Below are positions 38,201-47,644 of a stretch of 64,000 bases of DNA, one piece after another. Both the position numbers and the translations under genes were made by a program. The notes under the pieces were generated by a model. That model saw only the letters and a program-made list of their open reading frames with translations. It was not told the origin of the DNA and did not search any database. Within the stretch, counting starts at the first letter, position 1; every line of letters starts with the position of its first letter. Source of the stretch: Patescibacteria group bacterium (lineage in GTDB: Bacteria > Patescibacteriota > Patescibacteriia > PEXW01); contig JBAZBR010000003.1 in assembly GCA_041671325.1 (NCBI GenBank), positions 68,506-132,505 of the forward strand, given 5' to 3'.

Positions 38201-38352
38201 CCCGTTGTCGTTGTTACTGTCCCGGAAACTACATTGGTGATGGTTACAGCCTGGGCGGGTGAAATCAGCGTACCAGGGCAGGAAATTAACAAAGCGGACA
38301 GCGCGATTATTGACGACAAGCGCTGCCAGGTTTTTCGATTGGCTTTTTTCAT
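35245..38352 (-). CDS. large secreted cell-surface protein with tandem Ig-like/CarboxypepD_reg-like beta domains and a C-terminal IPT/TIG-like domain
   Basis: 1035 aa. Signal peptide. Rich in T, G, S and V, with repeated GTVT/DG..V motifs. GC content is markedly above the genome background. Confidence 0.6.
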   Translation of the reverse strand: MKKANRKTWQRLSSIIALSALLISCPGTLISPAQAVTITNVVSGTVTTTTGAPMKDVIMELHTPNGSSTIPNVLTMADGTYSFTADLTLGTNYVVEPRDVDGYNKVNSNANLNNFNFDGTSHPGVNFQFIATSKTLTGTVTFPDGTAVADAVVTLVPYNIASASNVSVRTNPSGVYTATVVGGTWFAQPAVDLSEYTQRWISETPPQRVDFASDTTTQSQTLNFTVTPATGKVTVTLLNSDGRGLTTSDFNADISFRRADGVGTIRKVDASTSTVSVFLTPGIYTISAYHGDLRGKSFDPAKTTFVMTEGGSVDLGTVTAEVDSAHLKGTVTDTKNRAMGNIQVQAIQDGTTLRPSATTGSDGSFDLTVGAGTWTVGLSSNDIGHSLVAPVATTVTNGQTATGLRLQVKDLDRTAQGRVLNSAGAVITDFVGSAYVRTTSNSARVSAPVVDGTFNIRFSSSDISGNKVVLGIQAAPGADYAGGAEKKVALQGSNATQDLQLKAYDATLTGTLKLPDGTFITSPGSTISVIAVDSEGNFTSTNTASDGTFSLPLAAGTWLYDYDIEDPTLTAGLINRPAGQNSITVKAGQSVARNLTVIQGTNTITGTVKDAAGTIVARVPVTLDNRPSLENSANTNPNDLITVTVETDELGVYTAKVPNGTYLITVGETPSVPETQLAPDGKAIKVSGGSTTTINLAFTTANATLAGTVKTGKKVEPGATVTAYSSDGAQVSTTTNSKGAYSLPVKSGEKWIIIATDISGKRLVSSEPTEVSAKTGTTTTNLTVKDSGINVPGPVTKTGNADDGLSVSLPDGTNVSVPPFALDTSGTVTLSVTPTVDIDPTTLDRPASLAYEVQAFDATGREKKALDLPATIILPYTQSAVVNNGLREKGLATKYWNPQTETWDTAGASGLVDTVDNVATLTTTHLSKFAVAGTSKKKPTVSKFTLKSRTSKSMVLEVTGTNFSGKATLSVGAVKASKVQVKNGKTLLATVPISKLKNSTYDVTVTNGDGRQTIKRMTYSKGRVLGASVVRLIPR

Positions 38353-38376
38353 ATTTTTCTTGGGTTAATACTAAAG

Positions 38377-39480
38377 ATGCAAAATAAGTATATTATTAAT
38401 TATTTTATAAGTCCACATAATTTGAGCTATACTGAGGTTATGCAGAAAAAAGGAGGATTTACCCAGCACCACTTTTCGTTAAAACGCTATAATCATAGCA
38501 AAAGACTTTTATTGGAAAGTGGTGCTGGGTTTACCTTAATTGAGGCTTTGATAACCATTTCAATTTTTGGCATTGCCGCAGTGGTTTTGGGTTCAGCTTT
38601 GGTGAATATCCGCCTTAATAGGGCTAATCGCTCGGATGCTGCCTCGGGGTTTTTGGCGCAGTCCGAAATTGAAGCAGTCAGATCCCTGCCCTTTGGAGAA
38701 ATAACCAACCAGACTAACGGGTCTTTTCGGAATGTGCTTTTTCAGCAAGGAACTTGGGCAGTTGCGAGTCATGCTTTTGCACCTTCGGGGAATCAAGTTA
38801 TTGAATTAACAGGAAGTGGGACAGGCGATATAAGCGGTCTGGCAATTGTACCAGCCGGGAGCGGTATTACTGATGGCAGTATTGTGGCTTATATGAATGT
38901 CAGGAATGAAAGTCCCAGTAATTGGCAGGCGGGTTTTTTGTTCCGGGCCAAAGACCGAGAAAATTCCTATCGGGTTTGGTATTCCAGCAGTCAAATTAAA
39001 GTTCAAAAAGTCGTGGCTGGTACAGTAACGGATATTTATTCTCGTAACCAAGCTTTTTTAAAAAATACCTGGTATAAGCTTGAAATCGTTTTAGCCACCA
39101 GCAGTATAAACGTAAAGCTGAATGATATCCCCTTAACCGGTATGCCAATTACCGATTTAACTTTTACAAAAGGGGCGGTTGCGCTTTTTGGGTCTAATGG
39201 CGCCAGTTTGGATGTCGATTCATTAAGCGTGGTCCAAGGCGCCAATACCCTTAGTTGGAATTTTGATTCTGGTGAAACCCTTGGCAATTTACCAATTGGT
39301 TGGGAAAGGTTTGGGGTTTATGATTTGCCCCAAGGTACGGCAGTCTTAAGTATTACCGATGCGGAAGTTGGTTTTACGGATATTAAGAAAATTACAGTTC
39401 AGGTTGGTTATACAATCGACAGCGGCACCCGCACCCAAACCATAGAAACTTTAATTTCCCAAGGAGGGATAGCCCAATGA
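38377..39480 (+). CDS. type IV pilin-like protein (prepilin-type N-terminus) with a large C-terminal domain
   Basis: Prepilin cleavage/methylation motif G|FTLIEALITISIFGIAA. The true start may be the internal Met at about 38437. Confidence 0.6.
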   Translation: MQNKYIINYFISPHNLSYTEVMQKKGGFTQHHFSLKRYNHSKRLLLESGAGFTLIEALITISIFGIAAVVLGSALVNIRLNRANRSDAASGFLAQSEIEAVRSLPFGEITNQTNGSFRNVLFQQGTWAVASHAFAPSGNQVIELTGSGTGDISGLAIVPAGSGITDGSIVAYMNVRNESPSNWQAGFLFRAKDRENSYRVWYSSSQIKVQKVVAGTVTDIYSRNQAFLKNTWYKLEIVLATSSINVKLNDIPLTGMPITDLTFTKGAVALFGSNGASLDVDSLSVVQGANTLSWNFDSGETLGNLPIGWERFGVYDLPQGTAVLSITDAEVGFTDIKKITVQVGYTIDSGTRTQTIETLISQGGIAQ

Positions 39481-40040
39481 AAAACCACGGCGTTAGTATA
39501 GTTGAAATGATCATCTCAATCACTATCCTGGGAGTGATAAGTTTTATTATGGTCACCATTTTTTTTGCTTCGGATAGAGTGACCAAGGGCCAGCAAATTG
39601 GCAGTACCATCCAAACTGAAAATATTTTTGGTCAAAACATGATGAGAAAAAATTTGAAAGATGCTACGGGGATTTTAACCAATGTAACTATTGACGCTAT
39701 AACCTATACAACTAATGAACAAAACCTGGTCTTTAAAGTTCCCAGTATAAATGCCAGCGGCGATATAATTAACAGCACCTGGGACACTTTTGTTTATACC
39801 TCAAGCGGAACCTACCCCACTGCCCAGGTTAAGCTTTTGATTTCACCCGATGCTTCAAGCAGCCGTCCAGCTTCCAGCCAAGTCATGGTGAGTCTCGTGG
39901 ATAATTTACAATTTCGTTATAATTCAAATACTATTAGCGATATAAGCTATGTTGACATCACGCTTAGGACAAAAAAAACCGAGGGCGAGCATTCGCGCCG
40001 ATTTACCACGGAAACTCGGGTTACTCTGCGGAATTTTTAA
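39477..40040 (+). CDS. type IV pilin/pseudopilin-like protein
   Basis: N-terminal G|VSIVEMIISITILGV class III signal motif. Overlaps the upstream gene by 4 nt. Confidence 0.6.
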   Translation: MKNHGVSIVEMIISITILGVISFIMVTIFFASDRVTKGQQIGSTIQTENIFGQNMMRKNLKDATGILTNVTIDAITYTTNEQNLVFKVPSINASGDIINSTWDTFVYTSSGTYPTAQVKLLISPDASSSRPASSQVMVSLVDNLQFRYNSNTISDISYVDITLRTKKTEGEHSRRFTTETRVTLRNF

Positions 40041-40059
40041 AAATCGCCAGGGCCAAACC

Positions 40060-41913
40060 ATGGTTTTTGTAACAATACTTTTGGTTTTATTAGTTTCTGG
40101 GATTTTGATATTGGCCAATAAGTTATTAGTGGATCGAAGTGCTCAAGTTGCAATCAAACAAAGAGAAAACGCCCAGATTGTGGCTGAAGCTGGAATTGAC
40201 CATGCCATTTGGTGCTTAAACCATGGTTCTGAATGCGCCAATCCTTTCATTGGTGAAACTGGCTCAGTTACCAGCGGCGAATTTATTTCCACCGTAACTT
40301 CACCGAGCTCAAAAACCCGGTTGGTTGAATCTATTGGTTACATTCCCAGTCAGGCCAACCCAAAATATAGCAAAACCATCAAAGTGACATTAACGACTGA
40401 CACAGCCAATGTAGCTTTTAATTATGGGGTACAAGCCGGGGTTGGGGGAATTGAATTGGGCAACAATGCTTACATTCAAGGGAATGTTTATGCTAATGGT
40501 CCGGTGATTGGCACAAATGGCTCTTATATAACTGGTGATGCAATCTTGGCTATGAGTTCGCCTACAACAGATGCTAATTACGATCCAAGCGTTAGCCCTT
40601 TGTATACTCGGGACATCGGCACTTCTTCCAGTACAGAATATTTAGCGCAAAGCTTCATTTCCACCCTGAATGAGAAAATTTACAGCATTGATCTAAAGAT
40701 TGCTCAACATAATAATCCTAGTTCAACCATAACCCTATATATTTATTCTGATAACAGCAACAATCCGGGTAGCAATATTTCTGGTAGTGGCCAGCAATTA
40801 ATTGTCAGCATACCAAATGATTCTCCAGCTGGCTGGGAAAACGGCTGGACCAATCAAGTCTTTAACCCTTCCACGATGCCTATTTTAATTCCTGGAAATA
40901 AGTATTGGTTGGTAGTTAAAGTCAGCTCCTCAAACTCCACTAGGTATTGGACACTGGCCAGGAATAACGATGATGCTCTTTTTGCTGATGGGACGGCTAA
41001 GTTGGATGGGGATTTGACTGCCATGCCTGGTGCTTGTGCTGGTGGTTGTGATATTGCTTTTAAAATAAATATGGGAGGCATCGCTCCTACGCTAGACGTG
41101 GCGGGTAAACCCGGTATTTGTGATAACGCCGGTATCTGCGGAAACGGGCATTCAAGGAATATCAAAGACACGACTTTTGGCGCAGGTAAAAAAGCTTATT
41201 ACCAAAATCTTACTGGCACAGTCAAGGCTGATGGCGGGGCTGATACCTGCACCGAGGGTGAGAACGGGCCGTATTGCTTTGATGATTCTCCGGATTTACC
41301 ACCCCAAAATTTTCCGGTTTCTGATTCGCAAATCGCCCAAATGGAAGCCCAGGCAGCCAGTGGCGGCACTGAATCCGTAAATTGCAATATTCCCGATGGT
41401 TCAACCATTGGCCCCAAAAAATATAATTGCGACGTATTTTTGAATGGGACAGTGACCATGGCTGGCACAATTTGGGTGAATGGAGACTTAACCATAATTA
41501 ACAATGCCATACTGCAGTTAGCTGAAGGCTATGGGAATAATAGCGGCACCATAATTGCTGATTATTCGAGCAATCAAGCTTTGAAAGGCCGGATAATTTT
41601 AAGCAATAATGGCGACCTCAAGGGCAACTCAAATCCGGAAACTTATGTCATGGCAATTTCTGCTTATCGGGACCCTTTGAATATCACTTCAGCCATTGAT
41701 GTTTCTAATAATTTAGCCGCTGCAGTTTTGTACGCGCCTTATGGCATAGTAGCCATCAACAATAATGCTTCTTTAAAAGAAGTCACCGCCCAAAAGATTG
41801 ATATTGCTGAAAACGGTTCAGTCATTTATGAATCAGGCTTGGCTAATGTGAATTTCACGGGCGGGCCTGGGGCTTCCTGGATAATGAAGCCGGGGTCGTA
41901 TCAAACGGAATAA
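40060..41913 (+). CDS. pilus-associated large protein (putative minor pilin or tip adhesin, PilX-like N-terminal anchor)
   Basis: The likely start MVFVTILLVLLVSGILILA is a hydrophobic anchor. The ORF track begins at 39949. A large beta-rich C-terminal domain follows. Confidence 0.45.
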   Translation: MVFVTILLVLLVSGILILANKLLVDRSAQVAIKQRENAQIVAEAGIDHAIWCLNHGSECANPFIGETGSVTSGEFISTVTSPSSKTRLVESIGYIPSQANPKYSKTIKVTLTTDTANVAFNYGVQAGVGGIELGNNAYIQGNVYANGPVIGTNGSYITGDAILAMSSPTTDANYDPSVSPLYTRDIGTSSSTEYLAQSFISTLNEKIYSIDLKIAQHNNPSSTITLYIYSDNSNNPGSNISGSGQQLIVSIPNDSPAGWENGWTNQVFNPSTMPILIPGNKYWLVVKVSSSNSTRYWTLARNNDDALFADGTAKLDGDLTAMPGACAGGCDIAFKINMGGIAPTLDVAGKPGICDNAGICGNGHSRNIKDTTFGAGKKAYYQNLTGTVKADGGADTCTEGENGPYCFDDSPDLPPQNFPVSDSQIAQMEAQAASGGTESVNCNIPDGSTIGPKKYNCDVFLNGTVTMAGTIWVNGDLTIINNAILQLAEGYGNNSGTIIADYSSNQALKGRIILSNNGDLKGNSNPETYVMAISAYRDPLNITSAIDVSNNLAAAVLYAPYGIVAINNNASLKEVTAQKIDIAENGSVIYESGLANVNFTGGPGASWIMKPGSYQTE

Positions 41914-41993
41914 GTATTTATAATAATTAATAAACTTAAGTGCTGGACACAATGGCCATCCGTTTGTAAACTATCCGTACTAATCAGAAAAAT

Positions 41994-42905
41994 ATGTTGC
42001 ATAAATTAATCATTATTGGTTCTGGTCCAGCTGGCTTGTCAGCGGCAATTTACGCTGCCCGAGCAGAATTAAAGCCTATTGTCATCTCAGGCAAAGTTCC
42101 TGGCGGACAATTGACCCAAACTTCAGCCGTGGAAAACTTTCCAGGCTTCATAAGCATCCAGGGATCGGAACTTATGCAAAAAATTCGGGAGCATGCCGCG
42201 CAATTCGGCACGAAATTTGTTGAAGGCGAGGTGACCAAAGTCGATTTTAAAACTAAACCTTTCAAGATTTGGGTTGGCGAGGAAGTTTTGGAAGCGCAAG
42301 CCGTTATTGTGGCTACTGGTGCCACAGCCAAGTGGCTGGGATTACAAAACGAACAAAGATTGCAAGGCAAAGGAGTTTCGGCTTGCGCCACCTGTGATGG
42401 TTTTTTCTTTAAGAATAAGGATGTGATCGTAGTTGGCGGCGGAGATACGGCCATGGAAGACGCCACTTTTTTAACCAAGTTTGCAAACCAGGTTACAATC
42501 GTCCACCGTCAGGCCGAATTGACTGGCAGCAAGATAATGCGCGAAAGGACTTTAAACAATCCTAAAATTAAGGTCAAGTTTAACTCCGAAGTCGTGGATG
42601 TGTTGGGTCAAAATAGCGTCGAGGGCGTAAAAATCAAAAATAATCAAACTGACGAAACTGAGGATTTCGCCTGCCAAGGCTTGTTCGTGGCTATTGGCCA
42701 TAAGCCAGCCACGGATGTTTTTACAGACCAATTAGAATTGGATCGCGGCTATATTAAAGTCCACGATATCACCCATACTTCAGTAAAAGGCGTCTTTGCC
42801 GCGGGTGATGTGCAAGACCCACGCTACCGCCAAGCCATTACTTCAGCTGGCACGGGTGTCATGGCCTTGATTGACGCGGAAAAGTATTTGGAAAGTTTGG
42901 GGTAG
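41994..42905 (+). CDS. trxB: thioredoxin-disulfide reductase
   Basis: FAD motif GSGPAG, redox-active CATC, and NADPH motif GGGDTA. 303 aa. Confidence 0.9.
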   Translation: MLHKLIIIGSGPAGLSAAIYAARAELKPIVISGKVPGGQLTQTSAVENFPGFISIQGSELMQKIREHAAQFGTKFVEGEVTKVDFKTKPFKIWVGEEVLEAQAVIVATGATAKWLGLQNEQRLQGKGVSACATCDGFFFKNKDVIVVGGGDTAMEDATFLTKFANQVTIVHRQAELTGSKIMRERTLNNPKIKVKFNSEVVDVLGQNSVEGVKIKNNQTDETEDFACQGLFVAIGHKPATDVFTDQLELDRGYIKVHDITHTSVKGVFAAGDVQDPRYRQAITSAGTGVMALIDAEKYLESLG

Positions 42906-43017
42906 AAAATTTAAGACCAAGATTTATTAAATCTGGTTTTTTATCAACCTAAAAAATAGCATATAATGGCAAAAACGGTGAGGGTGGATTTCCCTAACTG
43001 AATATAAAGTGAGGGTA

Positions 43018-43974
43018 TTACGTTTTTACGGAGTCGATTATCAAATCCAACATTTCGGAAAATGAGATACCGGCAGCTTTTGCTTGCTGGGGAAGTAAAC
43101 TCGTTTTTGTGAGTCCTGGGATGGTATTCGTTTCAAGATAATAAAATATTTTTCCATTTAAGATGAAGTCGGAACGGGACATGCCGCGACAGCCAAATAT
43201 TACATGAGCTTTTAGAGCCAGTTTTTTAACTTCATGGGTTTGCTTGAGGGTGAGGTTCGCAGGGGTAATTTCCGCACTTCCACCTACACAATACTTTGCC
43301 TTGAAATCGAAAAAAGAAGAGCTTTTGGGGATGATTTCCGTTGGCGGGAGTGCAAATGGTTTCCCTGATTTTTCTAAAACACTGCAAGTAATTTCCCTGC
43401 CCCTGATAAATTTTTGGATCATAATGCGGGAATCATATCGAAATGCGGAGTTTATTGCCTTTTTAAGATCCGCTTTCCTTTTGACGATATTGACGCCATA
43501 GCTTGATCCTTGTGAAACCGGTTTAACAATACACGGAAAGAAATTCCATCTTATTTGTTTATCGGAAAAAACTTTGTACGATGGAACGGAAAATTTTGAA
43601 AATTGCACGATTTTGTTTGAAAGATCTTTGTCCATTGCAATGGCCGAGACGGAAGCATTTGATCCGGTATAAGGCAGGCCGAGAGATTCAAGTATTGATT
43701 GAATTTTACCGTCTTCTCCAAATGGGCCATGGAGAGCAATAAAGGCAATCTTGTATTTTGTTTTTAGCATATGTTGTAACGCATTTGCTAGACCAAGACT
43801 TTTGTGGCCATTAAATGACCACAATCCCTTTTTTGATATTATGCATGTGGAGACCTGATATTTTGATTTATCTAAAAATCGTGTGACCATTCTTCCGCTC
43901 GCAAGTGATACGCTATGTTCATCAGACGACCCACCAAAGATTGTTAGTATTTGTCTTTTAATCATATTTATCAA
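43018..43974 (-). CDS. ddl: D-alanine--D-alanine ligase
   Basis: N-terminal ILTIFGGSSDEHSVSLASG and an ATP-grasp C-terminal region. 318 aa. Confidence 0.8.
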   Translation of the reverse strand: MINMIKRQILTIFGGSSDEHSVSLASGRMVTRFLDKSKYQVSTCIISKKGLWSFNGHKSLGLANALQHMLKTKYKIAFIALHGPFGEDGKIQSILESLGLPYTGSNASVSAIAMDKDLSNKIVQFSKFSVPSYKVFSDKQIRWNFFPCIVKPVSQGSSYGVNIVKRKADLKKAINSAFRYDSRIMIQKFIRGREITCSVLEKSGKPFALPPTEIIPKSSSFFDFKAKYCVGGSAEITPANLTLKQTHEVKKLALKAHVIFGCRGMSRSDFILNGKIFYYLETNTIPGLTKTSLLPQQAKAAGISFSEMLDLIIDSVKT

Positions 43975-44578
43975 AAGTTTGAGATTGGGATTCTTTTTCT
44001 AATTCCCTTTTGAGTTCACCGATCCTTTCTGCAATTTCATCTTTTCTCGCTAATGTATCATGTGAAAGTTGGCTCATCAATTCCTTTAATTCATCACCAG
44101 ATAGCTTATTTATGAGGGGGTAATGAGGATATAATAGCCAATGAATTTCATTTCTTTCGCCCCTTGCGGAGTCAGTCTTTCCAGTCCACATTAAATGGTA
44201 TTTTAATGCAAGTTCATTATCTTCTAAATTTGGGAAAATCTCAAAGTTTCTATTCCCCACTTCTTCATTCATAAGAAAGTGTATATCGACATCTGTAAGG
44301 CGTGAATCTTTCTTTCTTGGCCCATAAAAAGATGATCCCGAAAGAGCAATTAATTGGGCTTCGTCTTCAGGTATATTGTGTCTACTAATTAACGCAGGCA
44401 GTTCTTCATTTGTGAGATCGATTATCTCTCTAAGTCGTTTTTCTCGGTTCTCACCTTTTAGAAAGCTACTACTAAATTCTTGCCAGTATCTTCGCTCTTC
44501 TTCTTCCTGAAATGAAGGAATATTAGTAAATCTGCCAATTCTCTCTCGTGAATCTATTTGGTGGAACTTTCTATGCAA
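43958..44578 (-). CDS. nucleotidyltransferase-fold (pol-beta superfamily) protein
   Basis: GSSFYGPRKKDSRLTDVDIHFL fits the minimal nucleotidyltransferase motif hG[GS]x9-13Dh[DE]h. The C-terminal region is helical. Overlaps the ddl start by 17 nt. Confidence 0.4.
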   Translation of the reverse strand: MHRKFHQIDSRERIGRFTNIPSFQEEEERRYWQEFSSSFLKGENREKRLREIIDLTNEELPALISRHNIPEDEAQLIALSGSSFYGPRKKDSRLTDVDIHFLMNEEVGNRNFEIFPNLEDNELALKYHLMWTGKTDSARGERNEIHWLLYPHYPLINKLSGDELKELMSQLSHDTLARKDEIAERIGELKRELEKESQSQTFDKYD

Positions 44579-44814
44579 AATTTTTCTGTGAAGTTTCCAA
44601 AGTTCATATTCAAAACGGCGAATTTCTGGGGGTACATTTTCAAGCCAAAATTTGAATCTTTTATTTTCAAAATCAATTGGTTCATTTTCTCTATCTGAAT
44701 ATGGACGTGTTTCTTTTTCAAATATTATTTCATTTCATTATTTTCAGAAGTTGGTTTTGTAGATTGGTTATTCATACCTTAAAAATAGTACGGTTTGGAT
44801 AAATCGAAGAGGAG

Positions 44815-45408
44815 TTAAAATTTATCCTTTAGCTTTTCAACAAACCTCAATAAGTGCTTGTCGGTTTCAGTTCCGCAATCCAACTTGTCGCACTCAGCAA
44901 AAGTCAGCCACTCGTACCCGCTGAATTCCCTTTGGAAATCTTCGGTTGAATCATCCAGAGGCATGGTTGAATCGAACAAATGCAAATACCACAAATCCAC
45001 ATCAGTATGTCCGGCAAATTTGCCAACAGTGGTCACTTGGGAAAGAAAAAAGGGGCTTTCAGTTTCACCTTGGGCAAAATTTGGGTTTAGGTTTAACTCT
45101 TCTTTCAGTTCCCGGACTGCCGCATCACGAGGCAATTCATTTTTATTAACGTGTCCGCCGCTTGGCAGAAGCAGGCCAGAGCCCCGATGGTGGAAAAGCA
45201 GTAGTTTCCTTTTAGATTTGTCAAAGAGAACGTTGTAGCAGACCAAATGCTTGGGCGGGATGGCCGGTTTTTCTATCCTAAAAATTTCAACTCCGCTTTC
45301 AATCCAGGCAAGCGTATTTTGCAAATGGTCCCGCTCCATTTCGTCAAATGCGTCTATCTCCCGAATAATGGAGACAATTTTATTTCTAATAGGTTCTTTC
45401 ATATCCAA
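44815..45408 (-). CDS. Nudix hydrolase
   Basis: Nudix box GGHVNKNELPRDAAVRELKEELNL. Confidence 0.7.
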   Translation of the reverse strand: MDMKEPIRNKIVSIIREIDAFDEMERDHLQNTLAWIESGVEIFRIEKPAIPPKHLVCYNVLFDKSKRKLLLFHHRGSGLLLPSGGHVNKNELPRDAAVRELKEELNLNPNFAQGETESPFFLSQVTTVGKFAGHTDVDLWYLHLFDSTMPLDDSTEDFQREFSGYEWLTFAECDKLDCGTETDKHLLRFVEKLKDKF

Positions 45409-45556
45409 ACCATATCACTTTGGAATTAAAATTTAAAGGAACTGATAACTTAAACGTACAAGCATAGGAAATTTTTCAAAAAAGAAAAGCGCCTGAGTTT
45501 TATTTCAAGCGCCTTAAACTGATTTTTTTATTTCAATGACCAGGAATGTCGTTTAG

Positions 45557-45865
45557 TTATTCCTTTCGAATGGTTTGCTTTAAAATTTCCGCGATACAAA
45601 GCATCAAATTTGTCACAGTCAACTTCCCAACATACAAAGGAGAAGTTTTAAGACCTTCCCATTCAGCTTGGCTTTTACCGACCAATACAATACCGATGAC
45701 TTTTTTTTCTTCTTTCAACCAATGAAGGGCAGTATCCGGATCTTCACAAACGATGAGATCCGCTTCAGCCGGCGGCGTGATAGTTGCGTTTAAAAGCGTG
45801 AGATGAGATCCAAGAGCTTCAACAACTACCTCGTTTTTTAAGATAATTCCAACCTTCATGATCAA
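45557..45865 (-). CDS. hypothetical protein (degenerate receiver-like fold?)
   Basis: 102 aa with the alternating beta/alpha pattern KVGIIL / DLIVCE / IGIVLVG. Confidence 0.3.
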   Translation of the reverse strand: MIMKVGIILKNEVVVEALGSHLTLLNATITPPAEADLIVCEDPDTALHWLKEEKKVIGIVLVGKSQAEWEGLKTSPLYVGKLTVTNLMLCIAEILKQTIRKE

Positions 45866-46019
45866 TACCTCTTTCTATATTGAGTTGTAGTTTTTTCAAA
45901 GTGCTTATTTTCGAGAATTTTCTATGATAGTTTTAAAAAAGTCTTTTGTCAATATTTTAAAAAGTTATAACTTAAAATAAAACTCCCGAAGTCCATTCAG
46001 GAGTTTTTGGAAAAACAGC

Positions 46020-46514
46020 TTAATAATTTTTCCCCAATGAAGGGAGCCCACCGCTGAGAGAACCGATTGAACAAGGATTTGGGATTAACCCCTTCAAAAA
46101 GGTTTCAGCATGTTCTGGATTGTCTAAAATCCAATCCAATCCTCTTTGTATGCATTTGGTACAGGCAGCCAGGCCAGCGAGTCTGTCCTTTTTTATCAAC
46201 ATGCTCGCTTGGCTAAAACTTTCTGTTTCAAAAATGTGTAGATCAGGGATTTTGGAAAATTCATTGAGGAGAATTCGATCAACCGCTATGGTTTTGGACA
46301 TATCAAGCAATATTATGCGCTCTGTTAGTCCACCCCGTGGGCCAATCAGCAACTCAACAAACAGTCGGAGTTCGCGAACCTCGCAAGCAAAGTACAAGAA
46401 TTTTTGTGAAGGATCAGCAAGAACCCGGTTTTTTTCGAGCTTTGACCAACTCCTCATCACCCAGTCGTACACATCGTAGATATTTTGAATACCCATCGTT
46501 CCACCCTTTTTCAA
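46020..46514 (-). CDS. hypothetical protein
   Basis: 164-aa ORF with no family assignment. Confidence 0.35.
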   Translation of the reverse strand: MKKGGTMGIQNIYDVYDWVMRSWSKLEKNRVLADPSQKFLYFACEVRELRLFVELLIGPRGGLTERIILLDMSKTIAVDRILLNEFSKIPDLHIFETESFSQASMLIKKDRLAGLAACTKCIQRGLDWILDNPEHAETFLKGLIPNPCSIGSLSGGLPSLGKNY

Positions 46515-46595
46515 GCCTAGTTTTGTTTCCTAATACCTTATATTTAAATGATTTTACAGTCAAGAGTTTGGCAAAACCAAAGTCAAACTGCTAAT

Positions 46596-47078
46596 ATGGC
46601 AAATATGCCAAGCATCAAAACCCGCTTGATTTTAATAAGCGTTTTATCGTTTTTAGGAATTGTAGTTTCCGGTTACAGTTTAAAAGCCCATTACAATGTG
46701 GGTGTGGCGACTTTTTGTGATATTAATAACACCATTAATTGCGACGCCGTTAACCACAGCTGGGCCAGTGAAATTGCGGGGGTACCTGTGGCCTTGGTTG
46801 GCATCATTGGCTATGCCTTAATTTTATTGGGTAGTTTGTGGTTGTTATTCATAAAAAAGATCACCAATTTCACTTGGGGAGCTTTGGCTTTGGCCAGTTT
46901 GGGCGGTTTGGTTTTTTCTCTGTTTTTAACTGGCGTAGAAATTTTCAGCCTAAAAACTTACTGCCTGCTCTGCATCACTTCGCAGTTATTGATGTTAGCA
47001 ATCGCCTATTTGGTTTGGCGTACCTCTGTGGCGCGTCAGGGTTTGCGTTCTTGGTTTTTTTCGTCCTCTTCTTCTTGA
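46596..47078 (+). CDS. vitamin K epoxide reductase (VKOR)-family thiol-disulfide oxidoreductase
   Basis: Four TM helices, a loop Cys pair (CDINNTINC) and the active-site CLLC in a TM helix. The start is taken at the internal Met; the track ORF begins at 46548. Confidence 0.6.
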   Translation: MANMPSIKTRLILISVLSFLGIVVSGYSLKAHYNVGVATFCDINNTINCDAVNHSWASEIAGVPVALVGIIGYALILLGSLWLLFIKKITNFTWGALALASLGGLVFSLFLTGVEIFSLKTYCLLCITSQLLMLAIAYLVWRTSVARQGLRSWFFSSSSS

Positions 47079-47296
47079 GCTGCCAATTTGGAGAGTTTAT
47101 TTACTACCCAAACCACAATAACCGTAACGATAATCGCATAAAGGAACTTGGCAATTAAGCCACTGGCATCCCCGAAGATTTTTTCAAACAAAGCTTTGAC
47201 GGCTTCGTTCCAAGCCAAGGCCGCCACCAAACTTAAAGCTCCGGTCAATAAAGTCCGGATCTGATCTTTGATTTTATTATGGATTTTGTCTGACAT
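47036..47296 (-). CDS. small membrane protein (hypothetical)
   Basis: 86 aa with 2 TM helices and an acidic C-terminus. Converges on and overlaps the VKOR 3' end. Confidence 0.35.
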   Translation of the reverse strand: MSDKIHNKIKDQIRTLLTGALSLVAALAWNEAVKALFEKIFGDASGLIAKFLYAIIVTVIVVWVVNKLSKLAAQEEEDEKNQERKP

Positions 47297-47319
47297 AACT
47301 TGAGTATAGCAGATGTTGA

Positions 47320-47423
47320 TCCCGCACCACTTTCCATAGCAAGGTTGGGTAATAGATTAAATATTCATCTAGGAGAAATATCTTTCGTCTTGACCTTAGA
47401 TATTGTTGGAAAGTGGTGCGGGA
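47320..47423. repeat. inverted-repeat element family 'CCCGCACCACTTTC', copy 2
   Basis: Perfect 17-bp terminal inverted repeat TCCCGCACCACTTTCCA / TGGAAAGTGGTGCGGGA flanking 70 nt. It lies in the divergent region upstream of pilT. Confidence 0.6.
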
Positions 47424-47644
47424 TTGACGAAAAGCAAAAAACGTGATAGAATATAGATATAAAATAAAAACAAATATGAAAAAAACCACCTCCATGTTTC
47501 CTAATGGTCAAATCAGTTTGGTCATGCTTGGACAAACTATGTATTATTCCAAATCCTCTACTGGCCTGGGCAAGCGTTTGACCCAGCAAGTTTTTAGCAT
47601 TTTTAAACCTGCACCTAAGCGTCATATCTTAAAATTTTCCAATT

